Position numbers and translations under genes: made by a program
Shown: piece by piece, positions 13,788 through 22,192 of the stretch
How positions within the stretch are numbered: position 1 is the first letter of the stretch
Layout of the letters: every line of letters begins with the position of its first letter
Assembly (NCBI RefSeq): GCF_001945605.1
Contig: NZ_MPKA01000062.1
Location: 1 to 32,000 of the forward strand
Reading direction: 5' to 3'
DNA: 32,000 nucleotides
DNA from: Dubosiella newyorkensis
Lineage (GTDB): Bacteria; Bacillota_I; Bacilli_A; Erysipelotrichales; Erysipelotrichaceae
The notes under the pieces: generated by a model
What the model was told of the DNA's origin: nothing
The model's input: only the letters and a program-made list of their open reading frames with translations
Databases searched by the model: none

Positions 13788-13817
13788 AGTATATCCATTT
13801 TGCTTGCAATTTTGCAA
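13788..13817 (-). promoter_or_regulatory. Candidate sigma-A promoter of the DUF2335 cassette
   Basis: - strand: TTGCAA (13817-12), 18 nt, TATACT (13793-88). TTGCAA occurs twice in tandem. Confidence 0.45.
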
Positions 13818-13837
13818 CTATAACAGCCAAGCTTGGT

Positions 13838-14281
13838 TTACAATACCTTTTCAATCACCACGTTGATGTGCTTATACATTCCCCGCTTTGAATAGCCGTG
13901 ATCGCCAGCCACATCTTCTGCCGATCGGCAAGAGTGATACAGATCCTGCAGCAGCCTCTGGTCCTCCACGCTCAGTTTCTTGACGACATCCGCCTGCTGC
14001 AGCGACAGCGTCAGCGCATCGATCTGCACCTCCTTTTCGGTCTTCTTCTCGATCAGATCCAATAAGCGACCGTTCGAGTGGCTCGGGGACGTCGTGGTCG
14101 GCATGGGAAGCGGGCTCTTAGCCTGCTCCTCGGTCAGTTCGATCCCGGAATGAGTCAGCCCCATCATTTCCTCTTCTATCACCTCGATCTCCAAAGTCAG
14201 TCGGTCAATACATTTCTGGTACTCATACTTGTGACGATATGAATCAATCACCAGCTTCGTTAGTCCTGTCATAATCCTCAT
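13838..14281 (-). CDS. Putative late-gene transcriptional activator (sigma-70 region-4-like HTH; ArpU/RinA-type by position)
   Basis: The C-terminus LSVEDQRLLQDLYHSCRSAEDVAGDHGYSKRGMYKHINVVIEKV looks like a region-4 HTH. It is the last regulator-like gene before the packaging module. Start is at 14281 or 14272. Confidence 0.5.
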   Translation of the reverse strand: MRIMTGLTKLVIDSYRHKYEYQKCIDRLTLEIEVIEEEMMGLTHSGIELTEEQAKSPLPMPTTTSPSHSNGRLLDLIEKKTEKEVQIDALTLSLQQADVVKKLSVEDQRLLQDLYHSCRSAEDVAGDHGYSKRGMYKHINVVIEKVL

Positions 14282-14366
14282 CTCCCTTTCGTGCCACAAT
14301 GCGCATTGACATGATTCCCATTCCGATATAGATACCAAAGGCGAATCCAAAAAGAAACTTGATCAT
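14244..14366 (-). CDS. 40-aa single-TM peptide
   Basis: MIKFLFGFAFGIYIGMGIMSMRIVARKGDEDYDRTNEAGD. ATGA overlap with the upstream stop. Confidence 0.4.
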   Translation of the reverse strand: MIKFLFGFAFGIYIGMGIMSMRIVARKGDEDYDRTNEAGD

Positions 14367-14620
14367 GCTTCCGACTCCTGCATAGCGTCCTTGATCAGCA
14401 GCAGCGCATGCTTGATTGTCCGGTCCCGATGGACTCCGCTCCATAGTCCGGATGTGATCCCTACCGCCAAAGTGTTTGGAGAAGCTGGCCAAATATGGGC
14501 AAATTGTCTGCCATTACGCATGATATCGATAGCAAGACCCACACGTCTTATCTCATAACCTTCGGCTGTAAAGATCCCTCTAGCCTTCTCGATCAAATCG
14601 AGTTTTCCTGCTCCGATCAT
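14363..14620 (-). CDS. Hypothetical protein
   Basis: The ATG at 14620 forms an ATGA overlap with the upstream stop. 85 aa. Confidence 0.5.
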   Translation of the reverse strand: MIGAGKLDLIEKARGIFTAEGYEIRRVGLAIDIMRNGRQFAHIWPASPNTLAVGITSGLWSGVHRDRTIKHALLLIKDAMQESEA

Positions 14621-15135
14621 TGGTCTTTCCCCCAAACGCAACCGTGCTTGATCTTCTCAAACAAGGCGATTTCAGCAAGGCCGATGACCACATCGCGCGC
14701 ATGGCTCTCCCCCTGTTTTCCAATCTCAGCCAATGAATAAAACGCATCCGCTACCTCTTCAAATGTTGGCAGCGCATTTTGTTTTTCTAAACATGCACTT
14801 ATTGTTGGCACTTCTTCTGTTGTACTTATCTTTAATTTTTCCATAATCTTCTTCTCTCTTTCTTTCGCCTGCTGTTCCGCTTTTTCCTTGATCCTGGCGC
14901 TCTGCAGCTTTTCAAAATTCTTGGTGACCTGCTCTTTAGCCTGTTTCAGTGTGTAAAGGATTTGCTCCTCGGAACAATATGTCGTATCGCCTATTCCATC
15001 GATCTGCACTTTGATAGGGTGGCTACCGGTCTCCGCAATAGACCTGATCGTTGCGGCCTGAACCACAAAATAATCACCGCTGATCGAACCCGTAATATAA
15101 ACACTGTCCCCGACGCGTTTCTTTCTTCTGCCCAT
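14617..15135 (-). CDS. Hypothetical protein with a central K/E-rich coiled coil
   Basis: 172-aa ORF, translationally coupled (TGATG) to the upstream ORF. Confidence 0.55.
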   Translation of the reverse strand: MGRRKKRVGDSVYITGSISGDYFVVQAATIRSIAETGSHPIKVQIDGIGDTTYCSEEQILYTLKQAKEQVTKNFEKLQSARIKEKAEQQAKEREKKIMEKLKISTTEEVPTISACLEKQNALPTFEEVADAFYSLAEIGKQGESHARDVVIGLAEIALFEKIKHGCVWGKDQ

Positions 15136-15335
15136 CAGAGGTCTCCACCGATCAGATCTTCCAAAGCTTTACATGCCTCTTTGTATGCGGTTTTCAATCT
15201 TTTCGTGTACTTCTTGTACTGATCTTCAGGTGCTCTTTCGTTGTTTAAGACACCGATAACTCTATCTGCGGTTATGTACAGAGATTTAAGCCTCTGCGAG
15301 GCGATAAGCTTAGTTTCATTTTTTGTAAGTTTCAT
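15135..15335 (-). CDS. Hypothetical small protein
   Basis: 66 aa from the ATG at 15335 (MKLTKNETKLIASQRL...). The longer N-terminal extension in the ORF track is antisense to a better-signalled + strand ORF. Confidence 0.45.
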   Translation of the reverse strand: MKLTKNETKLIASQRLKSLYITADRVIGVLNNERAPEDQYKKYTKRLKTAYKEACKALEDLIGGDL

Positions 15336-15361
15336 TTTTTCGTCCTGCTTTCTAATTAAGT

Positions 15362-15370
15362 TGTTATAAT
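15362..15370 (+). promoter_or_regulatory. Consensus extended -10 promoter element (TGtTATAAT) on the + strand
   Basis: TTGTTATAAT at 15361-15370, 9 nt upstream of an AGGAGG SD. Confidence 0.45.
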
Positions 15371-15390
15371 TCGTCCATAGGAGGTCCGAT

Positions 15391-15747
15391 ATGAACGAAG
15401 ACTTTTCAAACGTAAATCTGTTTTTGTCCGAAAAATTCAAGCTCTTTCTTATGCGATTCCGAAAAGGAGTCGATGGAAGTTTCTTGGGACGTTCACTGGT
15501 TTCTCTGCTAGGCTTGAGATTTATCACGGCAAGCTATCCTTTCTGCGATACTCTTAAAACCGAAGGCGATAATCCCAAGGCTCTGTACACCCTAACAACT
15601 CGTTATTGGCGGTACTGCGTATGGAAAAGAAACCGTCTCTTTGACAAAATCCTAACTTCCATCATTATTCCAATTTTCGTTTCTGTAGCTACAACGCTAT
15701 TGCTGCTAAAACTGCAAGAACTAATAGAACTATTAAGGCAGCAATGA
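15391..15747 (+). CDS. Opposite-strand hypothetical protein with a C-terminal TM helix
   Basis: AGGAGG (15379-84), 6 nt, ATG. 118 aa. Fills an otherwise gene-free ~350-bp gap in the - strand operon. C-terminal ILTSIIIPIFVSVATTLLLL. Confidence 0.45.
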   Translation: MNEDFSNVNLFLSEKFKLFLMRFRKGVDGSFLGRSLVSLLGLRFITASYPFCDTLKTEGDNPKALYTLTTRYWRYCVWKRNRLFDKILTSIIIPIFVSVATTLLLLKLQELIELLRQQ

Positions 15748-15868
15748 TGATCTTCAGCAGCTCGAACCTCCCGTCAATGTATTCAAAGAAGTCCATCTCT
15801 TCTTCAGAGACCCCATAGGTTTTCATGAACGCTTCCCTGCGTTCTTTTTCTTGTTCTAGTTCTGTCAT
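15689..15868 (-). CDS. 59-aa tail-anchored membrane peptide
   Basis: MTELEQEKERREAFMKTYGVSEEEMDFFEYIDGRFELLKIIIAALIVLLVLAVLAAIAL. Below the ORF-track length cut-off. The SD is weak or distant. Overlaps the 3' end of 15391-15747. Confidence 0.4.
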   Translation of the reverse strand: MTELEQEKERREAFMKTYGVSEEEMDFFEYIDGRFELLKIIIAALIVLLVLAVLAAIAL

Positions 15869-15886
15869 ATATCTTCTATGCCTCTT

Positions 15887-17245
15887 TCATCTTCTTAACG
15901 CGTCCAGAAGAGTGCGCTGAGTGACCTCTTTCGACTGGAGGGCTCTCAGCATGTCTTCATCGATCGTGCCCTTTGCCAGGATGTGATAGATCACGACAGG
16001 ATCCTGCTGTCCCTGACGATAGATCCTGGCGTTGGCTTGTTGGTACAGCTCAAGGTTCCAGTTTGGCAAGCTGTACCACACACCAATGTGGCCACCTTTT
16101 TGAAGGTTCAGTCCATGCCCGGCACTGGCAGGATGGACCAGCAGCATGTCGATCTTGCCGACATTCCAGTCTTCGATGTCCTGGTGCGTGTCCAAGGCGC
16201 GCACGCTGTACTGCTTTTCGAAATGGTTTCGGATCCGATCGGCTTCGTGCTTGAAATAGTAGAAGACCATGACTGGCTGGCCATTGGCGGAAGTCATCAA
16301 GTCTTCCAGCTCCAGGAGCTTCATATCATGCAGCGTGTGGACATCTTTGTGATCGGATGTATAGATCTGTCCGGAAGCAAATTCCGAAAGAAACAAGGTC
16401 AGGACGCCAGCATTGGCGGCCATGATCGCGTCGTCCATCTGTCCTTGACACACTTCCAGGATCTTCTCTCGTTTAAACGTTTTGTACTTCTGCAAAGCCA
16501 CTCCAAGATCGATCAAACGGTCGATATAGGTGACGGGAGGAAGATCGGCACATTCCGACTGCTTGATACTCATGCAGATGTCGCCGACCGTGTCATAAAT
16601 CTGCTCCTGCGCTCCGTCTTTCACGCCCCAGTCGTATACGACATGGCCATTCATCCGGGCCGGATACAAATATCGGGCCTGAAAGATTCGCTGTGTTTTT
16701 CCCAGGCGTTCCCCCTGATCCATCAAATAGATCTGCGCCCAAAGATCAGGGATGCCTTTCGGGGCAGGAGTTCCGGTCAGCCCAATGAATCGCTTCGTCG
16801 CTGGCATCACACGGCGCAGGGCCTTGAAGCGCTTGGCTTTTGGACTTTTGAAAGTCGACAGCTCATCGATCACGACCAGCTCGAACGGCCATCGCTGATC
16901 AAGGTGATCGATCAGATCGGCGACATTGTCCTTGCTCACCAGATAGATGTCTTTTCCGGAAGGAATCGCCGCCTTGCCTTTGGCCATCGGCGCTGTGATC
17001 AAAGCCCAGGTCAGGAACCGGGTATGGTCCCACTTTTGGATCTCGTCCGGCCACGTCGATTCAACGACGCGTTTCGGACCGATGATCAGGACCTTTTGGA
17101 CATCGAACATCAGAAGCTCCGAGATCACGGACAAAGTCGACACCGTCTTGCCGGCGCCCATCGGCAGGAACAGGCCACACGTGGGCCGATCCAATGCCCA
17201 CGCGATCGCCTTCGCCTGGTACGAATGCGGGCGGAATACGGTCAT
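15887..17245 (-). CDS. SNF2-family DEAD/DEAH-box helicase
   Basis: The ATG at 17245 (SD GGAGGGAAG) forms an ATGA overlap with the VRR-NUC stop. Motifs LPMGAGKT (I), VVIDELSTFK (II), GLTGTP (III) and QANARIYRQGQ (VI). Confidence 0.85.
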   Translation of the reverse strand: MTVFRPHSYQAKAIAWALDRPTCGLFLPMGAGKTVSTLSVISELLMFDVQKVLIIGPKRVVESTWPDEIQKWDHTRFLTWALITAPMAKGKAAIPSGKDIYLVSKDNVADLIDHLDQRWPFELVVIDELSTFKSPKAKRFKALRRVMPATKRFIGLTGTPAPKGIPDLWAQIYLMDQGERLGKTQRIFQARYLYPARMNGHVVYDWGVKDGAQEQIYDTVGDICMSIKQSECADLPPVTYIDRLIDLGVALQKYKTFKREKILEVCQGQMDDAIMAANAGVLTLFLSEFASGQIYTSDHKDVHTLHDMKLLELEDLMTSANGQPVMVFYYFKHEADRIRNHFEKQYSVRALDTHQDIEDWNVGKIDMLLVHPASAGHGLNLQKGGHIGVWYSLPNWNLELYQQANARIYRQGQQDPVVIYHILAKGTIDEDMLRALQSKEVTQRTLLDALRR

Positions 17246-17580
17246 ACTTCCCTCCGGAACCTCAGCGCGCACATCATTCTGTCAACCATCTCTTTGTTCC
17301 AGATCACGAAGACCGGAACGTTTTGATGCTGAAGCTGCTGGATCTGATATTTCTGCACTTTCGATAAGCGGCCAGAGTCGCGTTTCAATTCAACGAAAAA
17401 CTGGATCCCGTACAAAGTGCACCACCGGTCCGGAACGCCCTGCATTCCTGGTGATGTGAATTTCCAGCACAGACCTCCCTTCGCTTCGATTCTTTCCTTC
17501 AAATACTTCTCAACATCTCTTTCGTACTCCACTTTTCTCCTCCTATCTATGCGTACGGCAACAAATGTAAACAAAGTCAC
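17242..17580 (-). CDS. VRR-NUC domain nuclease
   Basis: ...GGLCWKFTSPGMQGVPDRWCTL...FFVELKRDSGRLSKVQKYQIQQL is the PD-(D/E)xK pattern of VRR-NUC proteins. Confidence 0.8.
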   Translation of the reverse strand: MTLFTFVAVRIDRRRKVEYERDVEKYLKERIEAKGGLCWKFTSPGMQGVPDRWCTLYGIQFFVELKRDSGRLSKVQKYQIQQLQHQNVPVFVIWNKEMVDRMMCALRFRREV

Positions 17581-17599
17581 CCCTGTTTCTAAACTTTAA

Positions 17600-17846
17600 A
17601 AAAGTGTACTTTATAGGATTTATAGAATTTCTATACCCCCTTTATTTCTATAATTCCTATATACCTACTTTTATTACTTTACTGATTAAAGTTTGTTTAC
17701 TTTGTTTACAAAATCACCATTTCCGCTTTAGCTATCGTGTTTTTCCTGTAAACAAAGTTTTTAAGTTTGTTTACGTCCGTTTACGTTTTTAGAAGTTTGT
17801 TTACGCCCCGCTTACTTTATTTTTTTGCTCTAGCGTAAACAAACTT
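17600..17846. repeat. Probable phage replication origin: AT-rich tract plus iterons (A)AGTTTGTTTAC in both orientations
   Basis: Direct copies at 17688-17700, 17701-17709, 17763-17774, 17775-17784 (variant) and 17793-17804. Inverted copies (GTAAACAAAGTTT / GTAAACAAACTT) at 17748-17760 and 17835-17846. Very AT-rich at 17600-17687. Adjacent to the primase gene. Confidence 0.6.
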
Positions 17847-17854
17847 TTTAGCTG

Positions 17855-20215
17855 CTATCGCTTCCTAAAGCCTCTTTGGGCCCCATATCCTCCTGAAAAC
17901 CTTATTGCGCCACTCGTCCTTTCCCACCCGCACTTCTCTATGATCATCTTGATCTCTCGCTGTTCAGAGTTCGGGAAATTGGCCTTTGAACCATTGAGAA
18001 GTTCGCACCATACTTCCAGGGCGCATACCTTCGTTCTCTCTTCTGTTCCTTCGTTGTCGGGGTTGGCCAGCCACTCCGATCTTTCATAGGCGTCCTTCTT
18101 GTCCCAGTCCTTAGGGAGCTTGCGCTCCAGGAAGTTTCTGATCAGTTCTTCGCGACTGGAATGGAACCGGAACTCTTCCTGCTTGTCGAGTGCCATGGCT
18201 TCCAGTTCTGGTTTCAGAAAAAGCTCTTCCCCTTCTTTGTAGCGGACGTAGGCTTCGGCAAAGATCTCGTCGCGTTCCTTTGGCAGCTCCTTGAAAAGGT
18301 CTTTCTTTACCGGATGCTGTCGCACGAGAAGCGGCCAGTATCGGCGGTTGCCTGCGTAGTCCCGCAGGAACTCCACATCGTTGGTCGTACCGAAAAAAAC
18401 GCACTGGCGTGGGTTGTTGGACACCCGTCTTCCGTAGGCCTTGCGGTACTTGTCATGGGTCTTGGTCAGAAACTGGCGCTGTCCTTCGATGTCGGTACGC
18501 CTTGTGAACGTCAGTTCGGCCAGCTCGATGATCCAGGATCCGTCCAGGGCTTCATAGGCTTCCTTGCCTTTGATGTCGCTGATCGTGTCGTTGAACCACT
18601 TGCCGCCCAGTGTCGCGAACGTCCAGCTCTTTCCTGTGCCCTGCTGAGGCCCGACAAGCACCAGGGTATAGTCCATCTTGCACCCAGGCTCCATGACCCG
18701 CTTTACGCAGGCTGTGATGGCTTTGCGCGTAACAGCTCTCGTATACTCGGTATCCTCTACACCGTGATAGTCGATAAACAGCGTGTCTAGTCGCGGAGTT
18801 CCGTCCCATTCTGGCAAGCCATTCAGATAGTCCCGGACCGGATGGAACTCGTTGCGCTGGTGTACGACGCGCAGGCCGTCCTCGATCGCGCTCTTGCCTT
18901 TGAGCTGGTACTTCTTTTCGAGATAATAGCGCAGCTGGGCGTCGTCGCTGTCCGACCATCCGGGCTTGGTGCTGTCATATCTCCACCATGGCAGATCGCC
19001 GGACTTGACCGGATAACCGTTGAACAGGTCATCCCCTCCGATCCCTTTCAGTGCCTCATCGTTGGTCAGGATCAGCACCGCGTTGTCGATCGTCGTCTTG
19101 ATGTTGCCGCGCTTGTCGGTCTCCAGCTGGGTCAGCCAGTTCGTTCCCGTCCCTTCCAGATCCTTGAAATCCTCCTCTGCGCTGCTGTACCGTTCTTTCA
19201 TCAATGTTGCTTTGCAGTCCGGATCTTCTTCGCAGAAGTCGAGCATACGCGTCCAGGAAGGTCGCTTGATGGTCGGTGTGCCTGGCGTGATGTCTTCGTC
19301 CAGATCACGGAACAAATGGATCCTGACCAGGTCGAACGCGTTGCATAACTGTGTGCTCGTGGGATCTGTGGCGTGGTTCGAATAGGCGAACTTATCGTCA
19401 TAGATTACAAGACCCTTTTCGGTGGAGCCCTGAATGTACGTATAGCGGTCCTCGCTGTCTGTAGCCTCATAGACGTCGGGCAGAAACTTGGCGATGGCCT
19501 CCTGGATCGAGTATGTACGGCAGAAGGCGCCGACGAAGCCTGTCTTTGCCAGCGGATCCTCCTGCTTGTCGACGGCCCGCTTATGGAGCTCCTGCTGTCT
19601 TGATGAGCGCGGCCAGCTCGTAATGTCTTTCCAGTCGATGTATTCGTCAAGCAGCAAGTCCGGATCCAGTTCCTTCCCTTCCTGCTCGTAGAACTCATAT
19701 ACGCCATCTTTTGGTGTGGATGGCCAGAACATCAGTCTCGCCGCCTGATAGGTCGTGTCGTCGAAGTAGTCGATCCCGAGCATCGAAGCGACCATGCGAG
19801 CCAAAGGCTCGTACTCGTCCGGATTGATCTCTCTGGATAGTGGGACGATCAGCCGATATTTCGGCTTTTCGGGAACGTGTTTGTGCGTTGAGTACATAGC
19901 CAGGCAATTGCCCGGAAAGACGTGCTGCATTGCCTCCCAAAACCCGACCGGCGCGAAGTCGATATCGAGCGTGATCAGCGATCGTTTGATGATGGACAGG
20001 CTGTTGCGGTGGCCGTCCTTGAGATACCCGCCGACAAAGCCTCCCACATCTTTAATGGCCCCCTGTTCCTTCTTCGACATCCTTCGATATTCCTGGACTG
20101 TCTCTTTTGTATGGTAAGCCGGCCGGATCCGATCGAGCAGCTCATCCCAAGTGACGGACTCGTTGCGGTAAGGATTCTGCCAGCGGTTCTTGCATGTAGC
20201 GATTCGAAATTGCAT
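17855..20215 (-). CDS. VirE-family primase/helicase (VirE N-domain plus virulence-associated-E ATPase)
   Basis: ATG at 20215 after AAGAGGTG. ...LITLDIDFAP... N-domain. ATPase core LVLVGPQQGTGKSWTFATLGGKWFND...ELAELTFTRRTDIEGQRQFLTKTHDKYRKAYG...FFGTTND..FLRDYAGNRRYWPL. Confidence 0.85.
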   Translation of the reverse strand: MQFRIATCKNRWQNPYRNESVTWDELLDRIRPAYHTKETVQEYRRMSKKEQGAIKDVGGFVGGYLKDGHRNSLSIIKRSLITLDIDFAPVGFWEAMQHVFPGNCLAMYSTHKHVPEKPKYRLIVPLSREINPDEYEPLARMVASMLGIDYFDDTTYQAARLMFWPSTPKDGVYEFYEQEGKELDPDLLLDEYIDWKDITSWPRSSRQQELHKRAVDKQEDPLAKTGFVGAFCRTYSIQEAIAKFLPDVYEATDSEDRYTYIQGSTEKGLVIYDDKFAYSNHATDPTSTQLCNAFDLVRIHLFRDLDEDITPGTPTIKRPSWTRMLDFCEEDPDCKATLMKERYSSAEEDFKDLEGTGTNWLTQLETDKRGNIKTTIDNAVLILTNDEALKGIGGDDLFNGYPVKSGDLPWWRYDSTKPGWSDSDDAQLRYYLEKKYQLKGKSAIEDGLRVVHQRNEFHPVRDYLNGLPEWDGTPRLDTLFIDYHGVEDTEYTRAVTRKAITACVKRVMEPGCKMDYTLVLVGPQQGTGKSWTFATLGGKWFNDTISDIKGKEAYEALDGSWIIELAELTFTRRTDIEGQRQFLTKTHDKYRKAYGRRVSNNPRQCVFFGTTNDVEFLRDYAGNRRYWPLLVRQHPVKKDLFKELPKERDEIFAEAYVRYKEGEELFLKPELEAMALDKQEEFRFHSSREELIRNFLERKLPKDWDKKDAYERSEWLANPDNEGTEERTKVCALEVWCELLNGSKANFPNSEQREIKMIIEKCGWERTSGAIRFSGGYGAQRGFRKR

Positions 20216-20227
20216 CGCGTTCACCTC

Positions 20228-22192
20228 TTAATCTTTCTTGTAGTAGTCGGATACAAAGCCGTCGGCCGTCAGGATCAGTCCTGGCGCCCAGTCGATCGGT
20301 TCGGCCATTAGATCCTCCAGAATCTGTAAAGACTCTTCAGCCCGATCGGCCGGCACTTCGCAGATGATCTCGTCATGAACATGAGCGATGATCCGGAAAT
20401 CGGTTCTTTTAGTCACCCGTTCGAGTGCTACGGCCAGACAGTCCCGCGCGATGGCCTGAACGATATTCTCCGTCAGCTTCCCGCCAAAGGTATCGACGCG
20501 CGACATCTTCGTTCCTGTGTGTTTCGCGTACGAGATTTTGTCGTCCTTGAGCGTCGGCATCCAGTAGGCCATGCACCGCCCAGAAGGCAACTGGATGAAT
20601 ACATAACCTGGCCGACGAATGAACCGGATGCCGTGGCGGAGATTTACAGCCTCCCCATTGAGGCATCGCTTGAAGCCCGATTCGATTGAACGCCATAACT
20701 TGCATATGTGAGGCGAAGCCCCTCGCCACTTCCTTACGATTTCTTTCATCTCTGTCTCATTAAGCCCCATCTTGTCGGCGCCAAACGCGATCAGCGCGCC
20801 AATACCACCCTGATAGCCCAAAGCCAATTCTGCCACCTTGCCCTGTTTGCGCAGATGGCTGTTGACTCCATGCTTCTCGACTGGTACGCCGAACATCTGG
20901 CTGGCTGAAGCACAATAGATATCTTTCCCGTCGGCAAAGGCTTTCATGCGCCACCCTTCATCAGCCAGCCAGGCAATCACTCTTGCTTCGATGGCACTAT
21001 AGTCAGCCACGATCAATTTGTGGCCTTCTTCTGGCACGATCACGGTCCGAATGAGAGTCTTGGCTGCTTCGGTGATCGATCCGTACAATAGTGTCAGCAT
21101 GTCGAAGTCGTTGTTGAGCACACATTGACGCGCCGGATCGAAGTCGTAGAACGCCAATTTAGAGGGCATATTTTGAAATTGGACCAAACGTCCGGCCCAT
21201 CGTCCGGTACGGCCGCCAAAGAAGCGGAAGCATCCGCGCACACGGCCGTCATCGGAAACGCATTTAGTCATCGCGATATATTTTTTGATCGAGCTCGATC
21301 CGGACTCTAAGCGAAGCTCCAGAACTCTTCTAACATCCTCCGGGAGCTCGCCTTTGAGCAGTTCCTTGATCGTCGGCTTGTTGAGCGACTCGATCTGCAT
21401 CCCAGTCTCCTGATAGATCCACTCCTTGAGCTGGATGATCGAGTTCAGGTTGATACCGCCCGTGATCTTCTCGCATTCTTCTTTCATCTCTTTGACCATG
21501 AGCGGGTATTTTTCTGTCAAGTTCTTGATCATCGTCATCTCGAGACGTACTCCAGTATCATTGATTCGCTGATCAATGCAGTAGCGCATCCACTCCTCTT
21601 CCGGCATCGGGTATCGCCGCAGCTTGTTGTAGATCTCTTGTTCGACCTCGACGTCGCGTTTGTTGTAGAAGACGAAGCGCCCCCACTTTTCGGGATCGTC
21701 TTCGGGCATGTTCCGTGTCCGTCCTCCATTGGCTTTTGTCGGCTTGCACGGCTTGGAGAAGTAGTTGATCAGAAGAGTTCCGGCGCTGTCTTTGGCCAAC
21801 TCGCACCCGATCGCTTCGGCACAATGTTTCAGAGATGCAGGCAAGCCCAGCTCGCACGCGTGGATCATCGTGCAGTACCAGGCTTTCGGATCAAGGTAAT
21901 TATGGTTTTTTCCATCGCCAAACGCGTGCGACAGACAGATCCTTTCGAAGCTGGCATTGTGCGCCACCTTCATTACTTCGGGGTCCAGGATGTCCCGTAG
22001 CACCTTCGCCGGCATGGTCTTCCGGGTCGGCATCTCGATGACCTGGACCGGATCGTCGTTATAAGCAAAAGCGAGGAGCAGGATCTGAAATCCGGCATCC
22101 TCGCAGTAGTTGTATACAGATGATTTGCCGAGGTCGATCGGCGAGTACGTTTCGAGGTCGATGTGCAGCACCCTAGGCGAACGGGTCTTCAT
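20228..22192 (-). CDS. Family-A DNA polymerase with N-terminal 3'-5' exonuclease
   Basis: Exo I HIDLETYS. Motif A VADYSAIEARVIAW, motif B RKQGKVAELALGYQGG, motif C AHVHDEI. The start is uncertain (22192 chosen; the ORF is open to 22282). Confidence 0.9.
   Translation of the reverse strand: MKTRSPRVLHIDLETYSPIDLGKSSVYNYCEDAGFQILLLAFAYNDDPVQVIEMPTRKTMPAKVLRDILDPEVMKVAHNASFERICLSHAFGDGKNHNYLDPKAWYCTMIHACELGLPASLKHCAEAIGCELAKDSAGTLLINYFSKPCKPTKANGGRTRNMPEDDPEKWGRFVFYNKRDVEVEQEIYNKLRRYPMPEEEWMRYCIDQRINDTGVRLEMTMIKNLTEKYPLMVKEMKEECEKITGGINLNSIIQLKEWIYQETGMQIESLNKPTIKELLKGELPEDVRRVLELRLESGSSSIKKYIAMTKCVSDDGRVRGCFRFFGGRTGRWAGRLVQFQNMPSKLAFYDFDPARQCVLNNDFDMLTLLYGSITEAAKTLIRTVIVPEEGHKLIVADYSAIEARVIAWLADEGWRMKAFADGKDIYCASASQMFGVPVEKHGVNSHLRKQGKVAELALGYQGGIGALIAFGADKMGLNETEMKEIVRKWRGASPHICKLWRSIESGFKRCLNGEAVNLRHGIRFIRRPGYVFIQLPSGRCMAYWMPTLKDDKISYAKHTGTKMSRVDTFGGKLTENIVQAIARDCLAVALERVTKRTDFRIIAHVHDEIICEVPADRAEESLQILEDLMAEPIDWAPGLILTADGFVSDYYKKD

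Noticed and set aside
15983-17326. A 447-codon + strand ORF, the longest non-annotated ORF in the track.
   Set aside because: It is the codon-aligned antisense of the SNF2 helicase gene, whose - strand translation carries all the helicase motifs. The + translation is Arg/His/Asp-rich with no recognisable motif, start context or SD. It stays open simply because the helicase gene lacks TTA, CTA and TCA codons.
18111-20117. Numerous 60-210-codon ORFs on both strands inside the VirE primase gene.
   Set aside because: All overlap a 787-codon ORF with clear VirE motifs. They are Arg/Ala/Gly-rich alternative-frame products typical of the higher-GC core genes.
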